A stretch of 64,000 nucleotides of DNA from Azolla caroliniana (Eukaryota > Plantae > Polypodiophyta), in assembly GCA_043228905.1 (NCBI GenBank), contig JBHGNT010000015.1:8928001-8992000 (forward strand). Direction: 5' to 3'. Both the position numbers and the translations under genes were made by a program. Under the pieces are notes generated by a model. That model was not told where the DNA came from, searched no databases, and saw nothing but the letters and a program-made list of their open reading frames with translations. Positions 1 through 13,311 of the stretch are shown here, piece after piece. Each line of letters begins with the position of its first letter. Positions within the stretch are counted from its first letter, which is position 1.

Positions 1-2279
1 GTTCAACTCTTCCTCGATCGGGTCGGATGGAGTCGCATCGGGCTTATACCAAGATGCCGATTCGCCGAAAACGACGTCACGACTTATCCGCACCGCTCGG
101 GTCGAAGGGTTGAAGCACTTGTACGCCTTTTTCGCGGACAAGTATCCTATGAGGATACATTCTTCTGACTTCGCGTCGGGCTCCTCTCGACTTTCGTTCG
201 GGATGCGTACATTCGCAATGCTTCCGAACACCTTGAGGTGTGAGAGGATGGGCTTCCTAACGAAGATCTCATATGGAGTAAGCTCGTGCACGCTATTTGT
301 GGTGCATCGATTCATGAGATTGACGGTCGTGTATGCCGCTTCCGCCCAATAGAAGTTCGGCATGTGCTTCTCACGCATCATGGTGCGTGCTACCTCGAGT
401 ATTTGCCGATTCTTTCTCTCGGCTACCCCGTTTTGTTGGGCAGTGTGTCGGCATGAGAATTCTCTACGAATGCCTTCACCTTGGAGGTAGGAGGTGAATT
501 GGTCGGACAAGTACTCCTTTCCTCCGTTCGATCGTAGGCATCGAATGTGGCGACCGGTTTCTTTCCCCACTTGGTTTTTGAGCCTTTGAAAGTGGGAGAG
601 CACTTCGCTCTTCTTCTTCATCAGGTATATCCACGTGTAGCGCGAGTGGTCGTTGATGAAGGTGACATAGTAGCGGTATCCACCGAGCGTCAGCATTTGA
701 GCCGGTCCCCATACGTCCAAGTGGATTATGTCAAGGAGGCCTTTGCTTGCAGAGCTCTCCTTCGGGAATGGGAGTCAATGTTGTTTGCCGAGTTGGCATG
801 CTTCACACACTCGATCGACTCGTTTCAATTCGAAGGCCGGAAGTCCGATTACGACTCCCTTTGATTGCATTCCGTGAAGCCGTTGGAGGTTTACGTGGCT
901 GATTCGCTTGTGCCACAACTCGATGTTTGTCTCAGTATTGAGACCTTTGGCGTACATGGCCGATTTTACCTCGTTCGAGTCAAGGATGAACAAGCGACCG
1001 TCTCTCCGTCCCTTGGCTATGAGTCGGCCATCTTTCTCGATGAAGCAACCTTCATTGTTGAAGCGGACTTGCATGCCTTGCTCCACGATTTGGCCGACCG
1101 AGACCAAATTCTTTGTTATTGTGGGCACGTGCAAGAAATTCTTGATGCAAGTTTGCTCGCCTTCTTTCCCGAATGGGACATCGCCAATGTGCCGAATGGG
1201 ATGCGGAGTGTCGTCTCCGGTCTCTATGTAGCCGGGTCGATCCGGTGTTCGCAAGTCGCGAAACCACTCTTGGTGCAACGTCATGTGGTGCGAGGCGCCG
1301 GCCGGAGTCTACGAACCACGCATGTTTGGAGTTGGAGGTGCTTGTAGAGTTTGTGGGATCGGAGGCCATCATAGAGTTCGCTCTATGCCTCATCTCGAAG
1401 AGTCCGCCGTAGTCCGCGTATTCCACGTTCGCGGCGTAATTTGTGAGTTGCCGGCTTGTTGAAGCCGACTCGCTTCGTGTTTTTTGGCATTCCTCTTCGT
1501 GATGGCCGATTTTGCCACAATAGTTGCACGTAGGTGGCGTCGTTCGCCGACCTTGTTCGGCATGGAAGCTCCCCCTTCTTGTGGAGGTTCCTCGATGGCT
1601 TCTGTTTCCTTGCCGAAATTGTGAATTCCCTTCGTGGGATAAGTCGAATTGACCTCTTCCGCGTCGATCTCGTCTATGGGCACCATCCGTATCGGAGAAG
1701 AGCATTTTTCCTTCCAATGTGTTGGTCTTTGGTTGAACGTGGTTTTCTTCGACCAATAGCATTGATTGGAGGTTGAAGAACGAGGGAGGGGTATCTCTCG
1801 CCAAGATTGCCGTTCTCAACGGGTTGAATCGTTGTGCGAGGCCGCCCAAGCATACTTGTACCATCTCATCCTCGTCTATGTTGACGTTGATGGAGCCAAG
1901 AGTTGTAGTCCGTCACGGACATTTCTTTTTGTCATATGTTGTTCAACTCTTGCCAAAGTTGAAGCTTGCGTGCGGATGTGTCCGCAGCGAAAATCTTCTT
2001 GAGATTTTCCCACGCCTCTTTGGGCGTCTTGGCATCACGAATGTGGCTAAGCATGTGGTCGTTTACACATATTTCCAAGCAATACATTACCCAACTCGCG
2101 CCTTGCTCCCATGTTGGGTAGTTGGCGTGTGTGGTTTCGGGTTTGTTTTCTTGTGCACCGTTGATGTAGCTCCAATACCCTTGGCCGACAAGGTATTGAT
2201 TCATCTTGTACTCCCAAGATGAATAGTTGCTTCGGTCTAGCTTTTCGCTAGGGAGTGAGCTTCCCATTTGTTTGTTCAT
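1..2279 (-). pseudogene. copia gag-PR-INT polyprotein, broken by stops and frameshifts
   Basis: ORF pieces 1932-2279, 1052-1864 and 775-1284, plus integrase core (QQNGVAERKNR encoded near 410-440). Confidence 0.9.
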
Positions 2280-2440
2280 GTTTATTGTTGTGTCTTCCGT
2301 TTTATTTTTCTTCTCTTGGTCGCGTACACGTCCTTCGTAGCGGCACTACTGTAGCGGATAGCGAATAGCCGGAATTTGTCGTCGGTGTCTCGAACACACA
2401 ATCACGAATAAGCGGTGGGCTTAGTGGATTTTGTAAACCA

Positions 2441-2455
2441 CTCGATTTGATACCA
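2441..2455 (-). promoter_or_regulatory. primer binding site, tRNA-iMet type
   Basis: minus strand reads TGGTATCAAATCGAG directly after the LTR. Confidence 0.8.
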
Positions 2456-2893
2456 TGTTAAGTAATTAGGTAATTAACTAGGGTTAATTAGAGACTAATT
2501 ATATGGTTACGTTAAGCAACGGAAGATTAGTATGATATGCGCGTGAGAGTGTGTGAGAGGAAGAGAGAGAGAGAGGAAGTTACACTTGAACACAAAGATA
2601 AATGGGGGACGATTACTATATTGAAAAGTGTCATCAACATACAAAAATACCCACAATGAGGTATATATACAACCCATGTGCAAAGGTGCACATGTGTGGG
2701 TAGAACATAGGTACTATTGTGTAAGTCCTACATTAAATGTACTAAGGAGTGGAGGATCTAGAATATCCCACTTAAGTACAAGGTCCTATTTAAAGGCTTA
2801 AGGTCAACACATTAACTAGATTCGATCTAGGTAACTACTAAGTTACATGTGTTGACTAACTAGATTAAACTAGTTGAGCTTGATATCTCAACA
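2456..2893 (-). repeat. 5' LTR of copia E-a
   Basis: TGTT...AACA inverted termini, abuts PBS; partner LTR not in window. Confidence 0.8.
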
Positions 2894-3051
2894 CTATCTT
2901 TAGTTTTCATGCACACTGCATGTGCATGATTAGCTTTCTATCTCATCTTTTCTTTGAACTCCAATGTCTCTGCATGAATAACTTTTTGTACCATGCATGT
3001 CTAGAATATTTACATGGAATAAAATTTAGTATAACTTTAAAACTCATAATA

Positions 3052-3118
3052 CGCTAGTATAATGATAAGGCTTAACATTATTAACATGGAGGTGCAAGGT
3101 TCGAATCTTGCCCTATGC
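3052..3118 (+). pseudogene. degenerate tRNA-like or SINE-head remnant
   Basis: A-box-like TAGTATAATGATAAG and B-box GGTTCGAATC flanked by GCAAG/CTTGC; no complete cloverleaf. Confidence 0.3.
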
Positions 3119-3129
3119 ATGTAATATAT

Positions 3130-3396
3130 AATTTTATACTTTCTTCTATTTACAAATATGTCTCTTCATCTGGGTCTCGCTGACCTTCTTCATCCGGCTC
3201 TTGCCGGTTCTGCTTCATCCGGTTCTCGCAGGTTTTCTTTATCCGGTTCTTACCGGATCCTCCTTACCGGTCCTCTTCGTCCGTTTCTCACCGACTCTCA
3301 CCGGCCTTCTTCCTTCCGGTTCTCACTGGGTACTCCATATCCTATCCGAAGAAACCAAAAATGTAATTTTTCACGTAGTGTGCGAATTACACTACA
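3130..3396 (-). repeat. truncated LTR fragment related to copia family C LTR
   Basis: CTATTTACAAATATGTCTCTTCATC resembles the family C LTR (13037-13061), followed by short CCGGTTCT repeats; ends ...ACTACA. Confidence 0.4.
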
Positions 3397-3399
3397 ACG

Positions 3400-6270
3400 G
3401 CAGTTGTGGCGGTAATTTCTCCGTCAGCGGCTTTGGCGGATTTGACTCTGGTTGACTCGTCCCGGCCTTGTCTCCGTCCGGTCCTTGCCCCGGTGATGGC
3501 TCCTCATCTCTGAGGTTGACGGTCGCCACTTGCTTTGCTTCTTCTTTTCGAAGCCTGGTCTGCTCATAGCTTTCAAACTAGATTTGAGCATCCAGTCGAT
3601 CATCGTCCAACTGTGCTACCAGTTGTCGGACCACTCACTGTTGATTGTTCCTCCGCCAGAGTTACAAAATCTTTTGCTAACTCATCTCTTACGACGGTGA
3701 AGTTGTCCTCTGTTAGCATGTTGCAGTCGTCGCCATCCTTCTGCCGGTTTTCTGCGTCAGCCCTTAGCAACTGGAGCTCAGCTGTGTGATTTGCCCATTT
3801 GTCCCACCATTGCGTAGAGCTTTCGTCAATCAAGAATTTGGTCTTGTTCCTCCATGCCTAGACAATGAACTAGATCCGCTCAAGTCCCATCTTTGATTTG
3901 TCCTCCACGGCTTGCCATTTGTCCTTCAATTGCTTGATTAGCGCCACCGTGTCTACCTCCTACTCCCGGTAATGTGATAATTGGTGTTGGTAGCTATTCT
4001 GCAACCTCTGCAATACCATTGTCGCTCTTTCCTTCTCTTCATAATGCTGCTTATGGAGCTCCATATATTCTTGCACGGCTTCCTCCAGCAGCCTGGTTCT
4101 TTCAGCCCGTTCCTCCGCTAGCGCCGTCTCAGCTCGATGCACCTCCTGTCGGAGCTCTGCCATCTTCTCCTGCTGGTTCTTATGCTCCGTATCTAGATGC
4201 TTGTAGTCTCGGTGCAGGTGCTCAAAATCATCAGTCTTCTACTTCAGCTTCTGGTTGAGTTGCTGGAGAGCACAGTCTTCCCGATCCTGCTGTTGACGGA
4301 GTTCTTCTTTAAGTCTTTCAATCTCCGTTTCCGCCATCCATCGCAACTTCTCCTTTTGTTGCAGCACTTTCTCTTTCTCCTCCTTAAGCTGGTCATATGC
4401 TTGATGTCCTTTCCGCAAATTGTCTTCTACCTAGCGGAGGTTCTCAGCAGTCTTCCTTTGTTCTTCTTCTACCGCTTTTTTCAAGTCCCTTTCTCGGGTG
4501 TGTAATGCTTCTTGTGCGCCCTGCCCTGTTCATCTTTCAATTTAGCAAGCTCTTTTGCTTGCGCTGGCACTATCTCTGGGACTAGTTCCGTCTTCGGGGT
4601 CTTATTGCTATGTACAGTTGCCGGTGTTTCTATATTCTGTACATCTACCAGAGTCACCGGTGCTTGGATCGTTGGTCCAGTTAAGGCCATTTTGGCCAAT
4701 TCTTGTGTGGCCGTCCAAGTCTTGTTTTAGGCTCTGGATCCTTGACCGGGCTGTCTCTAGTTCTCCGATTGTGACGAGCAACCGGTCCATCTGCGCTTTC
4801 TTTTCCGTCTCTATGTAGTGCACCACTCCGACAATCTGTTCTCCAATCCACCGTAGCCATTGGCTGTCGGTGCCCTATTGTTGCGTCTGCCTGGAGGGTT
4901 GGCTGTTGGTGTCGCTGACCAGTGGTCGGTTTTGTCCGGTTGTGTCGAGCTGCAACTCTGTCTCTGGTTGGTGACCACTTTGCCGTTCTGGTTCCGGTTG
5001 CGGCTCCGTTGGCCGCCCCGCCTCTGATTGCTCTTGACCTGCCAGTGGGGTAGGCAACTGTACTTCCAGCGCTTGCAATTCGGGTCTTGCCGTATCCTGA
5101 CCCGCCGGTATAGTTTGTTGTGCAGGGAGCTCTGTGACCGGTTTTGTCCGAACCGGTTCCGGTTCCACCCTTGGTGCGGCATGCTTAGTGCGGGGTAGAG
5201 GCGTTCCATCCTTCTTTGGGTCCGAACACTCCCCGGCCTGTTCGGAGGTGCTTGCCTTCTGGCACCGCTGGAGGTGCTCTAACGGTTCCTCCTCCGCTTC
5301 CTCCTCCTGAGTCCCGATGTTGATTTTTGCTGCCAAGGGGTCCGACTCTTGCTGAACCGGTCGGTGAAGTTTGATCTTGATTGGCCGTGCCGGTGGCTCC
5401 TGCTACGTTTCCGCCTACCGCTTCCTATTGGCGCGCTCCTTTGCCGCCTGGTCCGAGTCGGCCGCCTTCCCTTTGGTTGCCTTAGAGGCCAACAATTGCT
5501 GCCATTTTCGGGGTACCTTCGGTTGTTCTTCCCCGCTTCGTGGTCTTGACGGGCTCGATAGGTGGTGCCAATAGGGTGAGCCATTGCGCCACTGCCATCC
5601 ATATCTTCCGACCCTCCTTGCCTCTTACAGAGTCGATGGCTGCACAGAGGCCATCCGCAATCAGTACCGGCCAGTCCACCTTCACGCCTTCATATGTTGC
5701 AATGATTAAGTCGGCCCGGTTCTTAGGCATGCACGAAGGTCGAGGGTATACATGTCTAAATTCATGGAGCACACGGGCAATCTCTCGAAATAATGGATCT
5801 TCGCCGCCCTGTGTCCGGTAGGCCTTGCTGACTAGAGAGTATTCCCCAAAATATTTCTGGAGTTGGTTCAGGGCAGGGTTGGCGATAGTGAAGATGCCCC
5901 CTTCCGGAAGGCCAATCAAAGCATGGATGGCCTCCTCCGTGATTAGTTCCGTGTCAATTTCCTTTACTATCTTCTCCGCCTCCCGGTGTGGTGGCGCCTC
6001 CATGATTGTGAGGAAACCTTCTAACCCGTGTTGCCTTAGCCACTTCCTGGCTACTTCTGAGAGTGCTTGGTAGTCCATGGCTTCTTCGAGGTCGGTGAGC
6101 GCTGGTGAGGGGTGTGTTTGAGGAGGCTCTGTGTTCTTGGGCTCGCGTCTGATGATCTTCAATCGCCTGTGCTCGTTTGTGCTCCTCTATTCGCGAAATG
6201 TGAAGGCTTCCATGCAGTGGGAGTTTTCTTGCTACATGTTGGTGCCTTTTTTCTGACTCGCGCATGTGCA
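3400..6270 (-). pseudogene. family A extra ORF (eORF), degenerate
   Basis: ORFs 5482-6162, 4875-5336, 4481-4699, 3960-4163 and 3600-3833 are homologous to 40817-43855. Confidence 0.85.
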
Positions 6271-6475
6271 CGTCGTGTATTAAAATAGAATAATGTGCCT
6301 TGTGGCATCGGTTTAATATCCTATTAATAGTCCACTACGTACCTTTTCAAAGTGCATGTTCACTCCTTGTTCTTGCATGTGTCCGTTCACACCTCACCCT
6401 TGCATGATTTACTTTGATTGATTTTATTTTATTTTATTTTATTTATATTTTATTTATTTATTTATTTATTTATTG

Positions 6476-9400
6476 TTAAAATTGATTGGTTAATTTGCAT
6501 CCGGTCCCATTGGACCCCCTATCAAAATTGTGGGACTTGCTGGCCATGGGACTACCCGCCGTTGCGTCGTTCTTGCTGTTTGCCGGCTCGTGCTCCCTCT
6601 TGCCGATTGTGAATTGTGTTGCCGTTTCATCCAACTTACCGGTGTCTGGTTCTGTGTCAGCATTTACTTGTTCAAATGGGTTTCTTGGCATGGGTCCATT
6701 GTATGGTTTGAGTCAGAACCCATTTACCCATTTACCCAAAACCTCGCCGGCGAGTGTCCCTAACTGGTACGAACCATTGAACTCACGCGTAATCCAGTAT
6801 GGTCCGGTCCACCGAAACCGTAGCTTCCCTGGCATCTTACCCATCCGGGTCTTGAATACTAGTACTGGCTTACCGATTCCAAACATCTTTTCGTTCCCTT
6901 TTCGGTGACGATCCACGTACGCTTTCCTTCGCCATTGTTCTAGTTCTAGGTGCATGATGTTGGCTAGCCGGTGTTCTTCCAATTCGCATAGTGCTGCTAA
7001 CCCGATAGCTTCTAATTCCTTCTCATTTAGGTGTTCCCGAATCTGTATTCGTAAACTCGGTACCTGGAACTCGACCGGCATCACTGCTTCCAATCCGAAT
7101 GCTAGGTGAAACGGTGTTGTGCGGATACTTGTCTTATATGCCGTTTGGTAGGCTCAGAGTGCATTGTGTAGCTTTGTATCCCAATCTGTCCGGTTCTCAT
7201 TGACGATTTTGCGAAGGATGTTCTGCAGTATTTTATTTGTTGACTCGGCTAATCCGTTGGCTTGCAGATAATAGGGAGTGATCCGTTTGTGCACAACCGC
7301 ATAAAATGTCGTCAAACTTTCCACTACTTGCCCTAAGAAGTGCCCACCTTGGTCACTTATTAACTCTATTGGACATCCATACTGGCACCAGATGTATTCA
7401 TATAAAAAATTTTCCGTGGATGCCGCGATGTTGTCACGTAGTGCTTTGGCTTCCACCCATTTTGTGCATATAATCCGTAGCTACTATTACGTACCGGTTG
7501 CCGGTTCTCATTGCTGGTGGTTTGAATGGACCGACAAAATCTAGCCCCCATTTCTGAAATGGTTCTAATGGTAGCACGGGCTGGTGAGGCATCCTGGCTT
7601 GTTCGGTTGGTTGGCCCATTTGCTGACATAGGTCGCATTCTTTAGCGTACCAGACTGCATCCTTCAATGTTGTTGGCCACCATAGTCCACTCTGCCATAT
7701 TTTCCTTGCCGTAGCGTCTCCGGCATAATGTTCTCCAGCCACTCGTAGTGTGCTTCGTGTAATATTATTTCCTTTTCGTCGTTGCGTATTGCACGCCACC
7801 ATATTCCATCTACGCCTTTGTGGTACAGTGTGTCCTGTAATAGACAGAAGTGTCGGCTTTGAACCGCTAAGCGTTTCCTTTCATCTCTATTCATCTCCTC
7901 CGGAGGTAAGCCGATGCTCAAAAATTGGTGCATGTTGGTGAACCACTTGTCTTCCTCTGCGACCGTACCATCCGTTGCCGTTTCTGTTGTAACTCTGAAC
8001 AATTCTGCATCCGGAAAGTCGTCTAGGATGCCGTCACCGGTTTCGCCGGAATCTAACCGGCTCAAATAGTCTGCTACCGCATGTTGTATGCCGGGTCGGT
8101 GGAATATCTCGAACTCAAATTCTTGTAATAGTAACGTCCACTGGGCAAGTTTACCAGTGAGTGATGCTTTGGACACCAAGTAGAGGAGCGCCGAATGATC
8201 TACGTGAAGGAAAATTTCCTTCCCAACAGATAGTGTCTAAACTTGGTGACACTGTAGATCATACCGAAGGCCTCCCTTTCTGTTGTGGAATAATTACGTT
8301 ATGCTTGGGACAACTTCCGACTAGCATAATACACTGGCCGGTACCATTTCGGTTCTGTAAGTTGCATAAGCGCGCTCCTGATTGCGATGTCGGACGTGTC
8401 AACGAACACATGGAACTCTTTAGACCAATCTGGAGGTTGCACCACCGGCGCTTGTGACAACAATACTTTTAGTGCCCGATAAGCCTTGTCTTTTGTGTCC
8501 GTCCATTGGAACGGTGTCCGATGTACCACGGCATGTAATGGTGTAGCCAGGTCTGCCAGATACCAGAGCATTCGGCTATGCCACTGAATCTGTCCTAAGA
8601 ACCGGCTTAATGCCTTTGCCGTGGTTAGTGCCGGTGCCTCCAAAATAGCTTTGACCTTGTCCGGATCTACTGCAATACCGTCCTTGCTCACGATGTGGCC
8701 AAGTAATGCTCCGCTGGCCACTCCGAACACGCATTTTTCCAGGTTCAGGCTTAGTCGGTAAACCCTACATTTCTCCAAACATAGTCGGAGGTGCTGAAGG
8801 TGTTCCTCTTTCCGGCTATAGACAACGAAGTCATCCAAGAACACCTGCATGAATGCCGGAATGAATTCTCCGAAAATCACCATGATGATCTGTTGGAAGG
8901 TTGTCGGCGCCGTTTTCAGTCCGAACATCATCACTACGGCAACAAAGACTCCCCATTCGGTGACAAAAGCGGTTTTCTCCTGGTCGGCTGGGTGCATCCG
9001 GATCTGATTATAGCCGATGAAACCATCCAAAAAACTGTACACCTCATGACCGGCGACCGTATTCAGGACTCCATTTGTGAATGGAATTGGGAAGACATCT
9101 GTTACCATAGTCGCATTTAATTTCCAGTAGTCGACGCAAACTCTTATCTTACCGTTCTTTTTCGGTACTACGACTATCGGACTGAGCCATGTGGCTTTCT
9201 TTACCGGTCGGATGAAGCCAACCCTTAGCAACTTGTCGATTTCTTCTTTGACTTTTGTTGCGTAATTCGGGTTCATCTGGTAACGTCATTGCGCTACCGG
9301 TTTGGCATCTTTACTCAGATGTATCTGGTATTGATACAACTAAGGATTGAGTCCCTGCATGTCCTCATCGGACCAGGCGAACACATTGCGAAATTCTTTT

Positions 9401-11849
9401 AGGAGTGTGATCATTGCCATTCTATTCGCCGGGGTCATTTCCTTGGCGATGGGCACCGGTCTTGCGTCCTCTGTGGTACCTAGGTTTACCTCTTCTAGTT
9501 GGGATGCTTTCACGCGCTGCGACACTGCCATTTCTCTTTCTAATGCTTCTTGTGCTTGCCGTAATTCCCGGATTGCTTCTTTATTCGGTTCCTCTTCGGG
9601 CCCGTCCGGTTGCAGTATGTACGGTGATACTGCTTCGGCTACATCAATCTCGAGCAGAGGTACAATATTCGGATTTTATTGTAAGTATTGATCGACCTCT
9701 TCGTCCGCCAATCCTTCCAGCATGTTGACACATTCCCCATATAGCGGCGTCGATTCCTTGCCGGTACCGGACCGTGGTTGAGTCGGTACTCGCACTTTCG
9801 TTTTTCCACGCCAGAACGTAATGATATTCTTCCTCCAGTTTTGCTTGATGTGTGTTGTTTTTAACCAAGGGTGTCCCAACAATAGTGGGTAAGCTCCCTG
9901 AGCCTGTAGCTGGAGAACTACTGCGGAAATGCGAAATGTGCGACCCCCGATGGTCACTTCCAGATCACATATTAATCTGGTCGGCCGTACTGAGCTTGTG
10001 TCAGCCATCCGAAACCAAAACGGGCATGGTTCCAAGTCATGGATTCCTAGAGTGCTACACGTTTGGACACTGATCATGTTCACGTCGGATCCTCCATCGA
10101 TAAAGTTGCCGGGTAGCTCTTTTCCTTTCACGATGGCTGTGATTGTCGGAGTGCTCGTGTCTACCATTGCCAGTCCTTCCTCCAGATTTGAAAAGAATGC
10201 GGGAGCCGGTGGCGTGTCGGCTGTCGTCCTTCCTGTCTTCAGTCCTTCCGTGAAGCGTGGTACCAGTTGCAATAGCCAGCCTAACAGCAACGTTATTTGG
10301 CATTCTTGTAACGCCTGCCATGTTGGGTTTTCGGGTTGCCCCGGGCCGGTGAGCTCGTCGGCATTCTCCTTTTGTTGTTCGAGCTCTGCCGCATTCCACT
10401 CGTTTGCCTTCTTCACCCATTCGGTTGCCTGCTTCCGGATGGCTTCTTGTAGTGACTTGTTGTAAGTCCGCGACTTCCGCGTCTACCATGTTCACCGTTG
10501 GTCGCTTGTCGTAGCTCTTCGCCAGACATTGGTTACTATAGTGGCCTTCTTACCGGCAATAATAGCAGTACGCTTTCCGGGTGTTGCTGGATTCGGCGTT
10601 TGTGCTTAGTTGAGGTCCAGTGCTAAGTGCTTGGTTTTGGTCCGGTTGGCTGCTTGGAGCGCCCTTTTCCGGTTCCCGTGGATGACCCCCCTTTTTGTTG
10701 AAATGACGTTTCTTGTTGAAATTCTTTTTGTTTCGGTAACCATGACGGGGCTGGTCGTCATACTTGCCATAGTCGTCCCGTCGTTGGTTGTAACTAGGGG
10801 AGTGATCTCGGTTATATCTCTCGTACCATCCATTATAGTCCCGGTATCTATCCTGTCTGTCATACCGGTCATAAGCGTCTCTTCGATCGCTGTACCGGAC
10901 ATCTTGTGCTGGCTGGTAGCGCTCCTCTCGCCGCCAGCGTTCTTCTTCTTCCTCCCGGTTGCTTCGTGGTTCAACCTGCCGAACCGGTGGTGCTTGTCGA
11001 TTTAACAAGTTATACTCACACCGTTCCATTGTGTGACTTCTGGAGTGGCAGAGCAAGCATTGGGAACGCATGGTGCATTTCAGCGCCGAATGTTCGGCAT
11101 TCAAGCATGCCGTACATTGAATTGCGTGCCGGAAACGGAGGTCCTCATCTGTCGGTAGTGCACGCTAAAGTGCACCCATGGTTAGCCATGAACTTGAGTT
11201 TTCCATTTCTCGAACTCGGTCGATCACTTGATCTATGCTGTTGGTGCGGAAATCAATCACGGTGCACACCGTTCGTAAGGGTTCCTGGAGTGCTGCTAAG
11301 AATATGGCCTTTGTTTCTTCCTCTGGTGGTGTCTGGTTGAGTTGTCTATGGATCCGCTGGAACCAGATGACAAACTATTGAATGTTCTTTGTTGGTTCCT
11401 GCCGGATACTATAAAATAAGCCTACCATTTCCCGTTGGTCCATCTCCTTGTGAAAGAAATGCAAGAATTTTGTCTTTAATGTTTCAAACGTGGGGATGGT
11501 GTTGGGATCTTGTGTTCGGTGCCATCTGGCGGCCGGTCCCTCTAGGGTGATGCCGAACTCTGCCCTTTTTGAGCATTCCTCTTCGGCTACATTTAAGCGT
11601 TGGGACACATGGTTTGCCTCCCAGGTTTGCTGAAACACATGGACGTGGGCTTCCGCGTCCGGATCATCCTGGTATCTAGTCATTTTGTTGTAAACGAAGT
11701 GACTCCTTGGCCACTCTCCGGATCACTTTGGAAAATGAGCGATCCGCTCTAATTTCTTCTACCGCTTGTTGGAAAGCCTCTCGCTTCCTCAGCCGTTCAG
11801 CAAGTCTCCTTGCTCGCTCCGTAACCGGGTCGTTTGTTGGTCTCGTCAT
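6476..11849 (-). pseudogene. gypsy gag-pol of A1, degenerate
   Basis: gag (MTRP..., CYYC knuckle), PR (IDGGSDVN), RT (FLDGF, FLDD), RH (FVDTS), INT ([11 protein letters not shown]). Confidence 0.92.
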
Positions 11850-11904
11850 CCATTCCCGTCGATGTTCGCTGCGCTTGTGCAAGAATCGTGGTCGCTAAAA
11901 GCTG

Positions 11905-12350
11905 TGTTATTCCTTAGGGCCGGACAATGGCCTAACACAGGGTAGGGTGTCTACGGAAGACACTTCACCAAAGGGGTGTTACGGCGAGATAACTTAAGAC
12001 ACAACGATTAATCAGACTTAATTGGTTACTTAGCAATATGGCATTATACTTGATACACGCGTATGATAGAACAATTAGTACAAAACGGTAATCAATACTT
12101 AAAGATTAACAAGAAGCTCTATTAATTATCTGTCGTCGTTCTACATTGTAACCGGGCCTTTATATAGGTCACCGGTGCTGAGTACAAAATGATGCCAACC
12201 GGCACTAGTTCGGAACCGGTTCGGATCCAGATCGGCATACCGATTCCGGTCCGTCCGTTCACGTTTTATAAACTACTTAATTATACCCTATTCCGAATAA
12301 GCATTCCCTTTCACATTCTGGTCTTTAACTCCTTTGTCGGCCAGGTAACA
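11905..12350 (-). repeat. 5' LTR of A1, with PBS at 11888-11897
   Basis: TGTTA...TAACA termini; homologous to 34400-34818; PBS reads TAGCGACCAC, one change from TGGCGACCAC. Confidence 0.85.
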
Positions 12351-12630
12351 GAGGCTGTAGTTGGATAATAAGTTTAATCTGAGTTATGAACCCTTAGAAG
12401 TGCTTCCTCATGCCATCGAACTTGTCAGGTAAACTAAGCTCAGGCTCCATACTTGTAGTTCAATGGGGAGGAGTTGGAGAAATACTAGATGAGAGACCAT
12501 GCTCTATAGGTAGAACATTTGTTGATGCAGGAGGAGAGTTGTTTTTTTCTTCGTTCCATCGGTGTTCCAACTTGAAGCTTTCGTAACAATTCCCGAAGGT
12601 TGTCATTCTCAAGTTGAAGTTGATGCATGG

Positions 12631-13301
12631 TGACGGGAACTCAAGGCTCCTTATGCACAATGCTCAGCCACAACCGAGCTTAGGATCATACATAGAAAAC
12701 GGGAAACAAATGCACGCAACACAAAGGAGAGAAAAAAAAGGTACACAGAATGTTTACGTGGAAAACCCAAAGAGGGAAAAAACCACGGCAGCCCACATGC
12801 TACAAACTATCACTATGTTGGAATGTACAAAACTGTGAGTTCACGGAGGCAACGACCTCGTGCTTACGATCTTCGCCACAGGCGGCGGTTACAACAGAGG
12901 CAACGACCTCGTTCTCTCTCTCTCTCAACCTGTACACTGTTACACGCTCTCTCTTCTTGCACCAACAAGAAAATGACAACCCTTTTCATTCTAAAAGTTT
13001 GCCCTAAGTCATATTTATACTAATATGACTTTTCGGCTATTTACAAATATAGTCTCTTCATCCGGTTCTCACCGGGTCTGTACCATTCGACTCTCCGTAG
13101 CCGGGTACTCCTCATACGGTTCATACCGGGTCTGCACCATCCGGCTCTCCGTAGCCGGGTACTCCTCATCCGGTTCATACCGGGTCTGCACCATCTGGCT
13201 CTCTGTAGTCGGGTACTCCTCATCTGGTTTCGGCCTCGGCCGAGCTTGTTCATCAGCACTGTTCTTCTCCCTTCCCATTCGGAGGAACCTGTCTCCCAAC
13301 A
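12631..13301 (-). repeat. 3' LTR of C1 with about 3 copies of a 54-bp tandem repeat
   Basis: direct repeat of 15398-16180; TG..CA ends. Confidence 0.93.
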
Positions 13302-13311
13302 AACTCCCCCT

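Larger units (their letters stand above)
1..2893 (-). mobile_element. Ty1/copia LTR retrotransposon (group E, copy a), 5' half; continues off the left edge
   Basis: 5' LTR 2456-2893, PBS, then degenerate gag (LDRSNYSSWEYKM, CNYCGKIGH knuckle), protease (WFVDSG), pre-integrase (LWHKRISH..CEAC) and integrase in copia order. Confidence 0.93.
3397..12350 (-). mobile_element. Ty3/gypsy non-chromovirus family A, copy A1 (3' end lost)
   Basis: 5' LTR 11905-12350, Arg-type PBS, gag-PR-RT-RH-INT, then extra ORF; colinear with 34400-44406. Confidence 0.93.
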
